From an uncultured Actinomycetes bacterium (GTDB lineage: Bacteria > Actinomycetota > Actinomycetes > Streptosporangiales > Streptosporangiaceae): a DNA stretch of 64,000 nt. The stretch covers positions 38,924 to 102,923 of the forward strand of contig CAWGPP010000013.1 of the NCBI GenBank assembly GCA_963824545.1, written 5' to 3'. The notes below the pieces were generated by a model. The model saw only the letters and a list, made by a program, of their open reading frames with translations. It ran no database searches and was not told where the DNA came from. The translations under genes and the position numbers were made by a program. Of this stretch, positions 9,937 through 19,611 are shown piece by piece (position 1 is the first letter of the stretch; the number at the start of each line of letters is the position of its first letter).

Positions 9937-10896
9937 TCAGGCGATTACCCGCAGCGCCTTGGGCACCGAGCGAAATGTCACCGACGTCGCCTCACCGACG
10001 AACTCCCCGTCCACCTGCACGGCCGCCGGCCACGCCGAACGCATCGTGAGCTGCGGCTCATCGTGCCGGATCACCACGTATTTCCCGGCTGGCGCCCGGC
10101 CCGTCCACCCCATCATCTGGCGCATCGCGTTGAGGGTGGAAAATGTCCGCAGCCGCCGCAGCGCGAACACGTCGAGGCCGGTGTCGAACGACGCGGCCGG
10201 GGTGGGGCTGACCGGACGGCGGCCGACGTAGGACCAGGGTGTGGTGTTGGACACCAGCGCCATGCCGAGGGGCTCGATGACGGTTCCATCCGCCGTCTCC
10301 AGGGCCAGGCGTGGATGACGCCGGTCGGTGCGCAGGTAGTACTCGCGCAGCGCCATCCGCATGTACAGGCCGGGGGAGGCCTGCCCGCCGTGGGCGCGCT
10401 TGTCCTCTACCGCCCGGACGACCTCCGCGTCCCAGCCCAGCCCGGCGTTGAACGTGAAGTAACGGTCCCCGGCCAGGCCGAGCCCGATCGTCCGGGTGGT
10501 ACCGGCGGCCAGCCGGGCACCGATCACCTTGATGGCGTCGACCGGATCGGCGGGAACCCCGAGATCACGGGTGAAGACGTTGGCGTTCCCGCCCGGGATG
10601 GCGCCGATGGCGGGCAGTTGCGCGGCCGTCGCCGGCGAACGCTCCGCGCGGTCGGTGGCCGCCTGCATCAGCCCGTTGACCACCTCGTTGATCGTCCCGT
10701 CGCCGCTGAGCACCAGCAGCGCGTCCCTGCCCTCGGCGGCGGCCGCGGCGGCGATGTCCCGCGCGTGCCCCCGGTAACGTGTTTCCACCGTCTCGAGGTC
10801 GGCCTCGGCGGCCAGCGAGGCCGCGATGAAGTCCAGGATGGGTTTGGTCGTCGTGGTGGCCCGGGGGTTAACGATCAGCAGCGCGCGCACGCGCAT
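9937..10896 (-). CDS. diacylglycerol/lipid kinase family protein
   Basis: 319 aa with DAGK catalytic motif LLVLSGDGTINEVVNGL. Confidence 0.85.
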   Translation of the reverse strand: MRVRALLIVNPRATTTTKPILDFIAASLAAEADLETVETRYRGHARDIAAAAAAEGRDALLVLSGDGTINEVVNGLMQAATDRAERSPATAAQLPAIGAIPGGNANVFTRDLGVPADPVDAIKVIGARLAAGTTRTIGLGLAGDRYFTFNAGLGWDAEVVRAVEDKRAHGGQASPGLYMRMALREYYLRTDRRHPRLALETADGTVIEPLGMALVSNTTPWSYVGRRPVSPTPAASFDTGLDVFALRRLRTFSTLNAMRQMMGWTGRAPAGKYVVIRHDEPQLTMRSAWPAAVQVDGEFVGEATSVTFRSVPKALRVIA

Positions 10897-10918
10897 AGGC
10901 TAGTCCCGGGGAAGAAGG

Positions 10919-11482
10919 GTGCAATACATGCGACCACGTCCGCCGACGTTGCTGCTGGCCGCGGCGGTCCAGGGCGTCGAGGCTGCCGGGCTCCTGGCCG
11001 CCGCCGTGCTGAGCGCCGTGGACACCGCCGCCGGGCGTTCCTACGAGCGCAGCAGCGGGATCGCGCTGACCGTCATCGCGTTCGGCGCGGTGGGGATCGT
11101 TGCTTTCATCGCGTGGGGCATCTACCGTGTCCGGCGCTGGAGCCGGACACCCGCGCTGCTCACCCAGCTGTTCGTCGGGACCACCGGGGTCTACCTGCTG
11201 GAAGGCCACCGTCTCGACTGGGGCGTGCCGGCCCTCCTGCTGGCGATCGTCGGCTTTACCGGGCTCCTGCTCCCGCCCAGCCTCCGCGCCCTGGCCACCG
11301 GGCCGGCGAGCGCGGAGCCCGGGGAGGCAGCCGTCCCGCCCGCCGCCCAGCCAGCCGGCAAAGTCCCCGGCAAGGCCACCCAGGCCGCGGTGCGCAAGGA
11401 TCAGCCGGGCACCCGCCCGGCTCCCCCGGCGGCCAGGACCGCCCGCCCGTCGGGCAAGAAGGCATCCTCGCGCCGCCGCTGA
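10919..11482 (+). CDS. integral membrane protein with basic Pro/Ala-rich tail
   Basis: 187 aa with 4 predicted TM helices. High GC3. Confidence 0.6.
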   Translation: MQYMRPRPPTLLLAAAVQGVEAAGLLAAAVLSAVDTAAGRSYERSSGIALTVIAFGAVGIVAFIAWGIYRVRRWSRTPALLTQLFVGTTGVYLLEGHRLDWGVPALLLAIVGFTGLLLPPSLRALATGPASAEPGEAAVPPAAQPAGKVPGKATQAAVRKDQPGTRPAPPAARTARPSGKKASSRRR

Positions 11483-11500
11483 CCGCCGCCCGCAGCCGTC

Positions 11501-12391
11501 CTACTCGTCGGTGGTGAGGCCGTCGCGGAGCTGGGTCAGGGTCCGGGCCAGCAGGCGCGAAACGTGCATCTGGGAGATCCCCAGCTCGGCCGCGATCTGC
11601 GACTGGGTCAGGTTGCCGAAGAACCGGAGCAGCAGGATCTTCTTCTCCCGGGGTGGCAGGCGCTCGAGCAGCGGCTTGAGCGACTCCCGGTACTCGACGC
11701 CCTCGAGCGCCTCGTCGACGATGCCGAGTGAGTCGGCGACGGCGGGCGCGTCTTCATCGCCGGAGTCGGGTGCGTCCAGGGAGACCGTGGAATAGGCGTT
11801 AGCCGACTCCAGGCCCTCCAGCACGTCTTCCTCGCTCATTCGCAGGTGCGCCGCGAGCTCGCTGACGGTTGGCGCGCGTCCCTCGCGCTGGGCGAGCTCA
11901 CCGATCGCCTTGGTCAGCGAGAGCTTGAGCTCCTGCAGCCGGCGCGGCACGCGTACGGCCCAGCCCTTGTCCCGGAAGTGCCGTTTGATCTCGCCCACGA
12001 TGGTGGGCGTCGCGTACGTGGAGAACTCCACGCCACGCTCGAGGTCGAACCGGTCGATCGACTTGATCAGGCCGATGGTGGCCACCTGCGTCAGGTCGTC
12101 CAGCCACTCGCCCCGGTTGCGGAACCGCCGCGCCAGGTACTCGACCAGGGGCAAGTGCAGCTCTACCAGCGAGCCGCGGATCCGCTCCCGTTCCCGGCTG
12201 CCCTCCGGCAGGGCCGCGAGCCGCTCGAACAGTTCCCTGGCCCGGGCACGATCCGGGACGGCGTGGTCGTCCCGCGCGACAGCGGTGAGCGTGTCATCGG
12301 CGGGGCGCGCCTCGTACTCTTCCGTCACCCGGACGTCCTTTTCGGTCACCTGGACCTCGCTTTCGGTCACCCGGACCTCGAAATCTGCCAT
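11501..12391 (-). CDS. RNA polymerase sigma factor, SigB/SigF (group 3) family
   Basis: Regions 2-4: LIKSIDRFDLERGVEFSTYATPTIVGEIKRHFRD and LTQSQIAAELGISQMHVSRLL. ATG 12391 overlaps the stop of the upstream anti-sigma gene (TGATG). The ORF-track 416-aa version is over-extended. Confidence 0.85.
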   Translation of the reverse strand: MADFEVRVTESEVQVTEKDVRVTEEYEARPADDTLTAVARDDHAVPDRARARELFERLAALPEGSRERERIRGSLVELHLPLVEYLARRFRNRGEWLDDLTQVATIGLIKSIDRFDLERGVEFSTYATPTIVGEIKRHFRDKGWAVRVPRRLQELKLSLTKAIGELAQREGRAPTVSELAAHLRMSEEDVLEGLESANAYSTVSLDAPDSGDEDAPAVADSLGIVDEALEGVEYRESLKPLLERLPPREKKILLLRFFGNLTQSQIAAELGISQMHVSRLLARTLTQLRDGLTTDE

Positions 12392-12849
12392 CAAGACCCC
12401 GACGCCCCGCGCTGCTTCCGCAGCACGATGGCTACCCGGTCGTCCGGCTCCAGCCGCGAGTCGACGTCTCCGGCCAGCGCAGACAGCACGGTCCAGGCGA
12501 ACGTGTCCCTGGCCGGGGTGCGCGGCTGCGCCGCGACCACCGACACGGTGATCGTCATCTGGTCCGCGCCGAGATCGAAGTCGCATTCCAGGTTGGTGCC
12601 GGGGATGGCCTGGGCGAGCAGCATGGCGCAGGCTTCGTCGACGGCGATGCGCAGGTCCTCGATCTCGTCGAGGGTGAAGTCCAGCCGCGCGGCCAGGCCG
12701 GCGGTCGCGGTCCGCAGCACCGACAGGTACGCGCCCTCGGCGGGCATGCATACCCGGACGCGGTCGCGGGCATCGCGGTCGGCCGCGACCGCACCAGAGC
12801 CCGGCATGGCGCGCGGGCCGGTCTGCCTTGCGGTGGTCTCTTCGGTCAC
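12391..12849 (-). CDS. anti-sigma factor, RsbW/UsfX-like serine kinase
   Basis: 152 aa, small GHKL-like protein (LSVLRTATAGLAARLDFTLDEIEDLRIAVDEAC). Translationally coupled to the sigma factor. Confidence 0.75.
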   Translation of the reverse strand: MTEETTARQTGPRAMPGSGAVAADRDARDRVRVCMPAEGAYLSVLRTATAGLAARLDFTLDEIEDLRIAVDEACAMLLAQAIPGTNLECDFDLGADQMTITVSVVAAQPRTPARDTFAWTVLSALAGDVDSRLEPDDRVAIVLRKQRGASGS

Positions 12850-13139
12850 GTCACTCCTTCAGGCGGGCTGAGCCTGCCGGTCGCATGCAACCTATCGTCC
12901 GCGGCGCACCGGTTCCGGCGTGCCGCGGCGGCGATCAATGATCGCACGCGCGCGAGCGGGACGGGGCCACGCTGCCCCGGGGCAGACCGGGCAGCAGCGC
13001 CCGGAACTGACGCCACCGCCCGCCGCTCAGCTGGCGACCGGATGGGGTCAGGTTAGCGGCCCGCCGGTGCTGTGTGCGCCGGTCCGGGCCGGGGGATTAC
13101 TCCGAAAATACCCCGGATAACGCCGTCCGGATATACCGC

Positions 13140-13168
13140 GAGGGGCCGCGATCCTGTCGCGGCCCCTC
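13140..13168 (-). terminator. GC-rich hairpin downstream of sodN
   Basis: Perfect 12-bp stem gaggggccgcga / tcgcggcccctc with a 5-nt loop, 45 bp after the sodN stop. Confidence 0.55.
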
Positions 13169-13212
13169 CTACGGTGCGTCGGCGATGTGACTGCGGATGT
13201 GACTGCGGGCGG

Positions 13213-13623
13213 TCAGCCCTGCTTGGTCTCCCAGAAGATCTTGTTGATCTCGTCGATCTTCGCGAGCAGCCGATCGGCCACGGCCGGGTCGGTGCTGGAC
13301 TTGGTGCCGCCACCGCCGCCCGCCAGCTTCGTCGCCTCGTTGAACAGCGTGTTCAGCTGGGGGTACTTCTCGAAGTGCGGAGGCTTGAAGTAGTCGGTCC
13401 ACAGCACCCACAGGTGGTGCTTGACCAGTTCCGACCGCTGCTCCTTGATGATCAGCGCCCGGGCCCGGAACTCGGGGTCGGTGTTCTGCTGGTACTTCTC
13501 GTCGATCGCCTTGACGGATTCGGCCTCGATGCGGGCCTGCGCGGGGTCGTAGACGCCGCAGGGCAGGTCGCAGTGCGCATAGGCGACGGCCTTTGGTTCG
13601 AGCAGGCGTGCAAGCAGCCTCAT
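13213..13623 (-). CDS. sodN: nickel superoxide dismutase precursor
   Basis: Pro-peptide MRLLARLLEPKAVAYA followed by the Ni-hook HCDLPCGVYDP. ATG 13623 follows GGAAGGTGG. The ORF-track start is over-extended. Confidence 0.95.
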   Translation of the reverse strand: MRLLARLLEPKAVAYAHCDLPCGVYDPAQARIEAESVKAIDEKYQQNTDPEFRARALIIKEQRSELVKHHLWVLWTDYFKPPHFEKYPQLNTLFNEATKLAGGGGGTKSSTDPAVADRLLAKIDEINKIFWETKQG

Positions 13624-13704
13624 CGATCCACCTTCCGTAGTGTCTGTCAGGGATAACAGCACCGACACTACCCCGCGCACCCCAGCCGGCACCGGAGGGC
13701 CTCC

Positions 13705-14022
13705 ATGCAGTGGCCGCTGTTGCGGATCGCCGTCGCCGAGCGGTCCATGGAACCCGTGCTGTGGCCGGGGGACTGGCTGCTCGTCCGGCGGACCCGCCGG
13801 GTCCGGCCGGGGCAGATCGTGCTGGCCCGGCACCCCGGGCGCCCCACCCTGCTGCTCGTCAAGCGGGCCGGGCGGCGCGAGGCCGGTGGCTGGTGGCTGG
13901 AATCGGCGAACCCCGCCGCCGGCGCCGTGGACAGCGCGCGGTTCGGCGCGGTGCCGGACGAGCTGATCGAAGGGCGGGTCCTGCTCCGCTACTGGCCGCT
14001 TCGCCGCCGCGCCCGCCGCTGA
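13705..14022 (+). CDS. sodX: NiSOD maturation protease (S26 signal-peptidase-like)
   Basis: 105 aa with SMEPVLWPGDWLLV motif, divergent from sodN. Confidence 0.85.
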   Translation: MQWPLLRIAVAERSMEPVLWPGDWLLVRRTRRVRPGQIVLARHPGRPTLLLVKRAGRREAGGWWLESANPAAGAVDSARFGAVPDELIEGRVLLRYWPLRRRARR

Positions 14023-14144
14023 TCAGCCGTGCCATGCCGAACGGGCCGGGTGGCCCTCAGCCGTCCGCGCGGAGTGCTCCCGGCCGCGGGAAACGCGGAG
14101 ACCCCACCCTGGCGATCAGGATGGGGTCTCCGGCGCTCAGGCGG

Positions 14145-15818
14145 TCAGTGCTCGAGCCTCGGCTCCGGCGCCTCGCCGGCCTGCCGGTTCACCAGGTCCA
14201 GCATCTCGTTCCTGGGCAGCTTCACCCGCATCGCCCAGTAGTAGATGAGCAGGCTGAACCCGGCGACGGCCAGTATGTCCCACCAGAATGGGATGTTGAA
14301 GGTGTTGGTGGGCGCCTGCGGGTGCTTGTCGCTTGACGCCGCGCCGCTGTACTGGCCCTGCCAGGAGAGGATGCCCAGGCCGATCAGCCACGCCGGCAGC
14401 CACACCGCGGACTTCCAGTCCAGCGGCGGCCGCTGCGGGTCGAACGCCATGAACGCGCCCATGATCACGTACCCGAGCACCAGGACGATGCCGAGCTTCC
14501 AGACCACCTCGAAGCCCGACCAGTAGATGAGCAGGTCGGCGAAGATGAACGCGGCCGGGCCGAGCACGGCGGCGGCCGGCATCCGGTATGGCCGGGATGC
14601 CTCGGGAACCTGGCCGCGGAACGCGCCCAGGGACAGCGGGGCCCCGGCGTACATCAGTACGCTCGCACCGGTGATCAGGCCGACCAGCGAGTGCCAGCTG
14701 GGGAACGGCAGCAGGAAGAGCAGTCCGATCAGGAACGCGAAGATCAGCCCGACCCACGGGATGCCGTTCCGGTCCACCTTGCCGAAGATCTGCGGGTAGT
14801 ACCGGTTCCTGGCCAGGCTGTAGCTGACCCGCGACGTTCCGGTCGTGTAGATCAGGCCGGTGCCGGACGGCGAGACGAAGGCGTCAATCCGCAGGATCCA
14901 CGCCAGCCATCCGAGCGCGACCAGGCCCGCGAGACCGGCGAACGGCCCGGACAGGATGGCCGTGTTGGTGATGCCCGGGAAGCCCTTGCCCAGCAGGTTG
15001 GCGGGCATCGCGCCGATGAACGCGACCTGCAGCAGGATGTAGATCGCGGTGCCGATCAGGATGGCCAGGATGATCGCCCGCGGCAGGTTGCGCCCCGGGT
15101 TCTTGATCTCCCCGGCCAGCTGGTCAGCCTGCTCGAAGCCGGAGTAGGCGAAGATGACACCCGCGGCCGGGAGCGCGCCGAACAGGGCCTTGATCCCGCC
15201 CGGCATGAAGCCTGCTCCCCCGGCGGTGAAGTTGCCGCCGTGGAACTTGAACAGCAGCACGATGATCGCCAGGACCGGGACCGCGACCTTCCACTACGTG
15301 ATGACGTTGTTGACCCGGGCGAAGATGCGCATGGCCAGGAAGTTGACCGCAACGAAGACCGCCATCAGCACGATGGTGAACACGAAGCCGGCCCCAGTGA
15401 CGTTTTTCGTCGTCGTGTCGTAGAGGCCGGGCCAGAAGTAGGAGGCGTACTGCATGAACGCGAAGCACTCGATCGGCGCGATCGTCACCGCCTGCACATA
15501 GGAGAAGAAGCCGAACGAGATGCCTGCCACGCTGCCGAACGCGAAGTGCGGGAACCTGGCCGTTCCGCCGGAGACCGGGTACATCGCGCCGAGCTCGGCG
15601 TGGCAGAGCGCCAGGACGACAACCACGACTCCGGCGATGGCCCAGGCCAGGACGGCGGCTCCGCCCACCGCCTGCGCGGCGTACAGCGCGCCGAACAGCC
15701 ACCCCGAGCCGATGATCGACGTCTCGGACGCCCAAGTGGCCCCGATCAACCCGAGCTCTCGCTTGAGGCCGACGTCAGTCGGCCGGGTTACGGCGACCCC
15801 TGAAGTATCAGTTGCCAT
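14145..15818 (-). pseudogene. APC-family amino acid permease interrupted by an in-frame TAG
   Basis: ORFs 15294..15818 and 14145..15260 are in the same frame. They read ...ARVNNVIT*WKVAVPVLAIIVLLFKF, with the stop TAG at 15294-15296 where TGG (Trp) is expected. Confidence 0.8.
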
Positions 15819-16133
15819 GGTCGAGTCCTTTTCCGATCGTGCCCCGTGGGGCGGGTGCCACCCGCGTGTCGGATCGTCGCGTGATGCAGGTGCGCGTTGT
15901 GTGTGCGCTAAGTGAGAACATCGCAGAGATACGGCTCTGACCTGAGAAGCGCTGACTTGGCGTCGTTTCGGTAACGCAGGTCACAGACTTGTACCCCCCT
16001 TTGGGGCTCCATGTCCCTCCGGTCCGGCCACTGCTCCTTTGGGTGCCAGTAAGGGAATTACCCACTTGCCATTACCGACCGATGTCTGGCGCATTTCAAA
16101 GAGGTCGCAGGCGGGACGCGCACAGTGGCGGAC

Positions 16134-16712
16134 TTAGCCCTGCGCGGACTGTCCCGTTTCGGCCCCGGCTGAGCTGTTCCGCTGCCGGGCACGGAAAGCG
16201 GTGACGTTGGCCCGGTTCGCGCAGCGCTCGGAACAGTAACGGCGCGACCGGCTGGTGCTCGTGTCGATGAAGACGCCCTGACACGGGGCGGCCTGGCACA
16301 CGCCGAACCGCTCGATGCCGAGCTCGGTGACGCGCACCGCGAGCCCCATGGCGGCGCCGGCCGCGTAGTTGCCCGCGACGCTGCCGCTGTCTGTGAAATG
16401 GACGTGCCAGCGCTGGCCGTCGTGCCCCGACAGCTGGGGGTGCACCGGATGCCGGATGAGCAGCGAGTTCAGCCGCGCGGCGACCTCCTCGCCCTGTCTC
16501 TCGGCGCACGCGCTGAAGATCTTCCTGAACTCGGAACGGAGCGCGCGCAGCGCATCCAGGTCCCGGCGGGACGCGCTTCCGCTGAGATGCTCCCGGTCGG
16601 CCACGAGCGTGTGCAGGCCGTCCAGGGTGGCCAGCCGGTCGTGGTTGTCCTCGTTGTAGGAGGCCGTGTTGACGAGCCTGACGGCGAGTTCCGCGTATGT
16701 GGCGAGGTCCAC
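16134..16712 (-). CDS. CGNR zinc-finger domain protein (ABATE-type putative regulator)
   Basis: 192 aa with C-terminal CQAAPCQGVFIDTSTSRSRRYCSERCANRANVTAFRARQR. Confidence 0.8.
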   Translation of the reverse strand: MDLATYAELAVRLVNTASYNEDNHDRLATLDGLHTLVADREHLSGSASRRDLDALRALRSEFRKIFSACAERQGEEVAARLNSLLIRHPVHPQLSGHDGQRWHVHFTDSGSVAGNYAAGAAMGLAVRVTELGIERFGVCQAAPCQGVFIDTSTSRSRRYCSERCANRANVTAFRARQRNSSAGAETGQSAQG

Positions 16713-16959
16713 ATCCGCTCCCCGGGCTGCGGGAGAAGTCGTACGCCGGCCGATAGGGCGGCAAACCGTTATGTAATGGCCTGCCCGCCGTGCCGGGTCT
16801 TATACCCTCGCGTGCCGTGCGCCCGGCGCCGCCGTGACACAATGAGTTAACGGGTGACCCCCGAACGATCCGAAGACGGCCGCACGGCGCTGGCGTACCT
16901 GACCGCCCGCGCTGGCCACGAACGGAAATCTGTCCGGACACCGTGCCAAGGGGTTCACC

Positions 16960-18177
16960 ATGACACAGCTTTTGCCATCCCTCTTCTCCGCGCCGCCGGG
17001 CACTGCTGCCTGCGGCGATGCCCTGTCCGCCGATCCCGTGTTCCAGCTGCACCGGGGCGGCAAGATCGAAGTCAGCCTGTCGGTGCCGCTGGACGACCGG
17101 GATGACCTGTCGATGGCCTACACGCCCGGTGTGGCCCGGGTCTGCACCGCGATCGCCGACCAGCCGGAACTGGCCGGCGCCTACACCTGGGTGGCCAACA
17201 CGGTCGCCGTCGTCTCGGACGGCACTGCGGTGCTGGGCCTCGGAGACATCGGCCCCGCCGCCGCGATGCCGGTGATGGAGGGTAAGGCCGCGCTGCTCAA
17301 GCGGTTCGCCGGCGTCGACGCGGTGCCGCTGTGCCTGGCCTGCACCGACGTCGATGAGCTGGTCGAGACGGTCGCGGCCCTGGCGCCCAGTTTCGGCGGC
17401 ATCAATCTGGAGGACATCTCCGCGCCGCGGTGCTTCGAGGTGGAGGACCGGCTGCGCGAGCGGCTGGACATTCCCGTCTTCCACGACGACCAGCATGGGA
17501 CCGCCATCGTCACCCTCGCGGCCCTGCGCGGGGCGGCCCGGCTGACCGGCCGGGACCTCGGTGACCTGCGGGCCGTGATCGCCGGCGCCGGGGCGTCGGG
17601 CATCGCGGTGGCCCGGATCCTGCTCAGCGCGGGTATCGGGGACGTCGCGGTCTCCGACAGCAAGGGCATGGTCTACCGGGGCCGGGACAGCCTGAACCCG
17701 GTAAAGGCCGCGCTGGCGGAGGTCACCAACACCCGCCGCCTGGCGGGCTCGACGGAGGCGGCGCTGCGCGGCGCCGACGTGTTCATCGGCCTGTCCGGCG
17801 CGGCCGTGGCGGAGTCGGCGATCCCCTCGATGGCGCCCGGCGCCATCGTGTTCGCCCTGTCCAACCCCACCCCCGAGGTGTCGCCGGAAGCGGCCCACGT
17901 GCACGCCCGGGTGGTGGCGACGGGACGGAGCGACTTCCCGAACCAGATCAATAACGTGCTGGCCTTTCCCGGGGTGTTCCGCGGTGCGCTCGACGTCCGC
18001 GCCGCGGAGATCACCGAGGGGATGAAGCTCGCCGCGGCGGACGCCATCGCCGCGCTGGTCGTCGACGACCTGGCCCCCGGCTACGTGATCCCCGGCCCCT
18101 TCGACCCCCGGGTCGCCCCCGCCGTCGCGAACGCCGTCGCCACCCAGGCCCGCACCGAAGGCGTCGCCCGCACCTAG
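16960..18177 (+). CDS. NAD(P)-dependent malic enzyme
   Basis: [31 protein letters not shown] and the dinucleotide fold [10 protein letters not shown]. Confidence 0.9.
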   Translation: MTQLLPSLFSAPPGTAACGDALSADPVFQLHRGGKIEVSLSVPLDDRDDLSMAYTPGVARVCTAIADQPELAGAYTWVANTVAVVSDGTAVLGLGDIGPAAAMPVMEGKAALLKRFAGVDAVPLCLACTDVDELVETVAALAPSFGGINLEDISAPRCFEVEDRLRERLDIPVFHDDQHGTAIVTLAALRGAARLTGRDLGDLRAVIAGAGASGIAVARILLSAGIGDVAVSDSKGMVYRGRDSLNPVKAALAEVTNTRRLAGSTEAALRGADVFIGLSGAAVAESAIPSMAPGAIVFALSNPTPEVSPEAAHVHARVVATGRSDFPNQINNVLAFPGVFRGALDVRAAEITEGMKLAAADAIAALVVDDLAPGYVIPGPFDPRVAPAVANAVATQARTEGVART

Positions 18178-18180
18178 CGC

Positions 18181-18231
18181 GAGGTTGGGGAGCAAACTCA
18201 GTCGTATTCCCTGACTTTGCTCCCCAACCTC
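18181..18231. terminator. 16-bp perfect hairpin after the malic enzyme gene
   Basis: gaggttggggagcaaa ... tttgctccccaacctc with a 19-nt loop, starting 4 nt after the stop codon. Confidence 0.5.
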
Positions 18232-18237
18232 CCCCGT

Positions 18238-18560
18238 GCGCCCGTTACCGGCCCAGCGATCCCGGGCCTTGGCCCGGGTGAGCGGCCGGTGCTATCGGCG
18301 AGCACCACATACGGGTTACGGCGAGGCGCCCGTTACCGGCCCAGCGAGCCGGGCCTTGGCCCGGGTGAGCGGCCGGTGCTATCGGCGAGCACCACATACG
18401 GGTTACGGCGAGGCGCCCGTTACCGGCCCAGCGAGCCGGGCCTTGGCCCGGGTGAGCGGCCGGTGCTATCGGCGAGCACCACATACGGGTTACGGCGAGG
18501 CGCCCGTTACCGGCCCAGCGAGCCGGGCCTTGTGCCCGGCGAGTGGCCGGTGTGTCGGCG
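18238..18560. repeat. tandem array of an 87-bp unit, about 3.6 copies
   Basis: Unit starts at 18238, 18326, 18413 and 18500. Copies are near-identical; the first carries 1 extra nt and the last is degenerate. Each unit holds hairpins ccgggcc-tt-ggcccgg and ggtgct-atcggcg-agcacc. Confidence 0.9.
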
Positions 18561-18642
18561 AGTTACCACCGCGCGGGCGCGGAGCGCAGCGGGGGGTCCG
18601 GGGGGTCGCCCCCCCGGGCTAACACAGCGATACTCTCATCCC

Positions 18643-19611
18643 ATGTTTGCTGTCACTGCTGCGCGTATCGACCAGGAAGATCCGCTGCACGGCCTCGAGC
18701 TGGGAGAGCGGCCCGAGCCGAAGGTGGCCGACGGCTGGACCACGGTCAGCGTGCGGGCCGCCTCGCTGAACCATCACGACCTGTGGACGCTGCGTGGCGT
18801 GGGCATTTCTCCCGACCGGCTGCCGATCGTGCTGGGCTGCGACGCGGCCGGGATCGACGAGGACGGCAACGAGGTCGTCGTGTACTCGGTGGTGGGCGAC
18901 CCCGACGCCGGGGACGGCGACGAGACGCTGGACCCGCGGCGCAGCCTGCTGTCGGAGCGGTACGACGGCACGTTCGCGGAACGGGTCGCGGTGCCGCGCC
19001 GCAACCTGGTACCCAAGCCGGCGGCGCTGTCGTTCGAGGAGGCCGCCTGCCTGCCCACCGCGTACCTGACGGCGTACCGGATGCTGTTCGTTAAGTCCGG
19101 GGCCCAGCCGGGGTCGACGCTGCTGGTCCAGGGGGCGAGCGGTGGCGTGGCCACCGCGCTGATCCTGCTCGGCCGGGCGGCCGGCTACCGGATCTGGGTG
19201 ACCAGCCGCAGTGCGGACAAGCGCCGCCTGGCCCTCGATCTGGGCGCGGATCAGGCGTTCGACTCCGGCGCGCGGCTGCCCGAGCGGGTGGACGTCGTGA
19301 TGGAGACCGTCGGCGCGGCGACCTGGGCGCACTCGGTGAAGTCCCTCAAGCCCGGCGGGCGGATCGTGATCTCCGGCGCGACCAGCGGCCACGCCCCGCC
19401 GGCTGAGCTGCAGCGGATCTTCTTCCTGCAGCTGTCCGTGGTCGGGTCGACCATGGGCACCCAGGGCGAGCTGGGCCGGCTGCTGCAGTTCTGCGAGCAG
19501 ACCGGCGTGCGTCCCCTGATCCATACCCGCGTGCCGCTGGCCGAGGCGCGCGAGGGCTTTGCGGCCCTGGCCCTGGGCGAGCAGTTCGGGAAGATCGTCT
19601 TTACGCTCTAG
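18643..19611 (+). CDS. zinc-type alcohol dehydrogenase / quinone oxidoreductase (MDR superfamily)
   Basis: Start taken at MFAVTAARIDQ. Cofactor fold VQGASGGVATALILLG. The upstream part of the 464-aa ORF is translated repeat DNA. Confidence 0.85.
   Translation: MFAVTAARIDQEDPLHGLELGERPEPKVADGWTTVSVRAASLNHHDLWTLRGVGISPDRLPIVLGCDAAGIDEDGNEVVVYSVVGDPDAGDGDETLDPRRSLLSERYDGTFAERVAVPRRNLVPKPAALSFEEAACLPTAYLTAYRMLFVKSGAQPGSTLLVQGASGGVATALILLGRAAGYRIWVTSRSADKRRLALDLGADQAFDSGARLPERVDVVMETVGAATWAHSVKSLKPGGRIVISGATSGHAPPAELQRIFFLQLSVVGSTMGTQGELGRLLQFCEQTGVRPLIHTRVPLAEAREGFAALALGEQFGKIVFTL

Noticed and set aside
15819-16133. Glycine-riboswitch-like strings (CACCCAAAGGAGCAG, TCTCAGGTCAGAGCC) in the 315-nt leader of the APC permease.
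   Set aside because: The GGAGAG element is missing. The two conserved-looking blocks are about 95 nt apart instead of 15-25, and CCAAAGG deviates from CCGAAGG. I could not draw the aptamer fold. A cmscan against RF00504 would settle it.
18238-18560. Possible CRISPR array.
   Set aside because: The units are directly abutting 87-bp repeats with no unique spacers. No cas genes are present in the window.
18217-18642. The 464-aa ORF and two companion ORFs that translate the 87-bp repeats into 29-aa peptide repeats.
   Set aside because: The repeat is open in several frames on both strands only because 87 is a multiple of 3. The dehydrogenase has a normal start at 18643, and the repeat units contain hairpins typical of intergenic elements.
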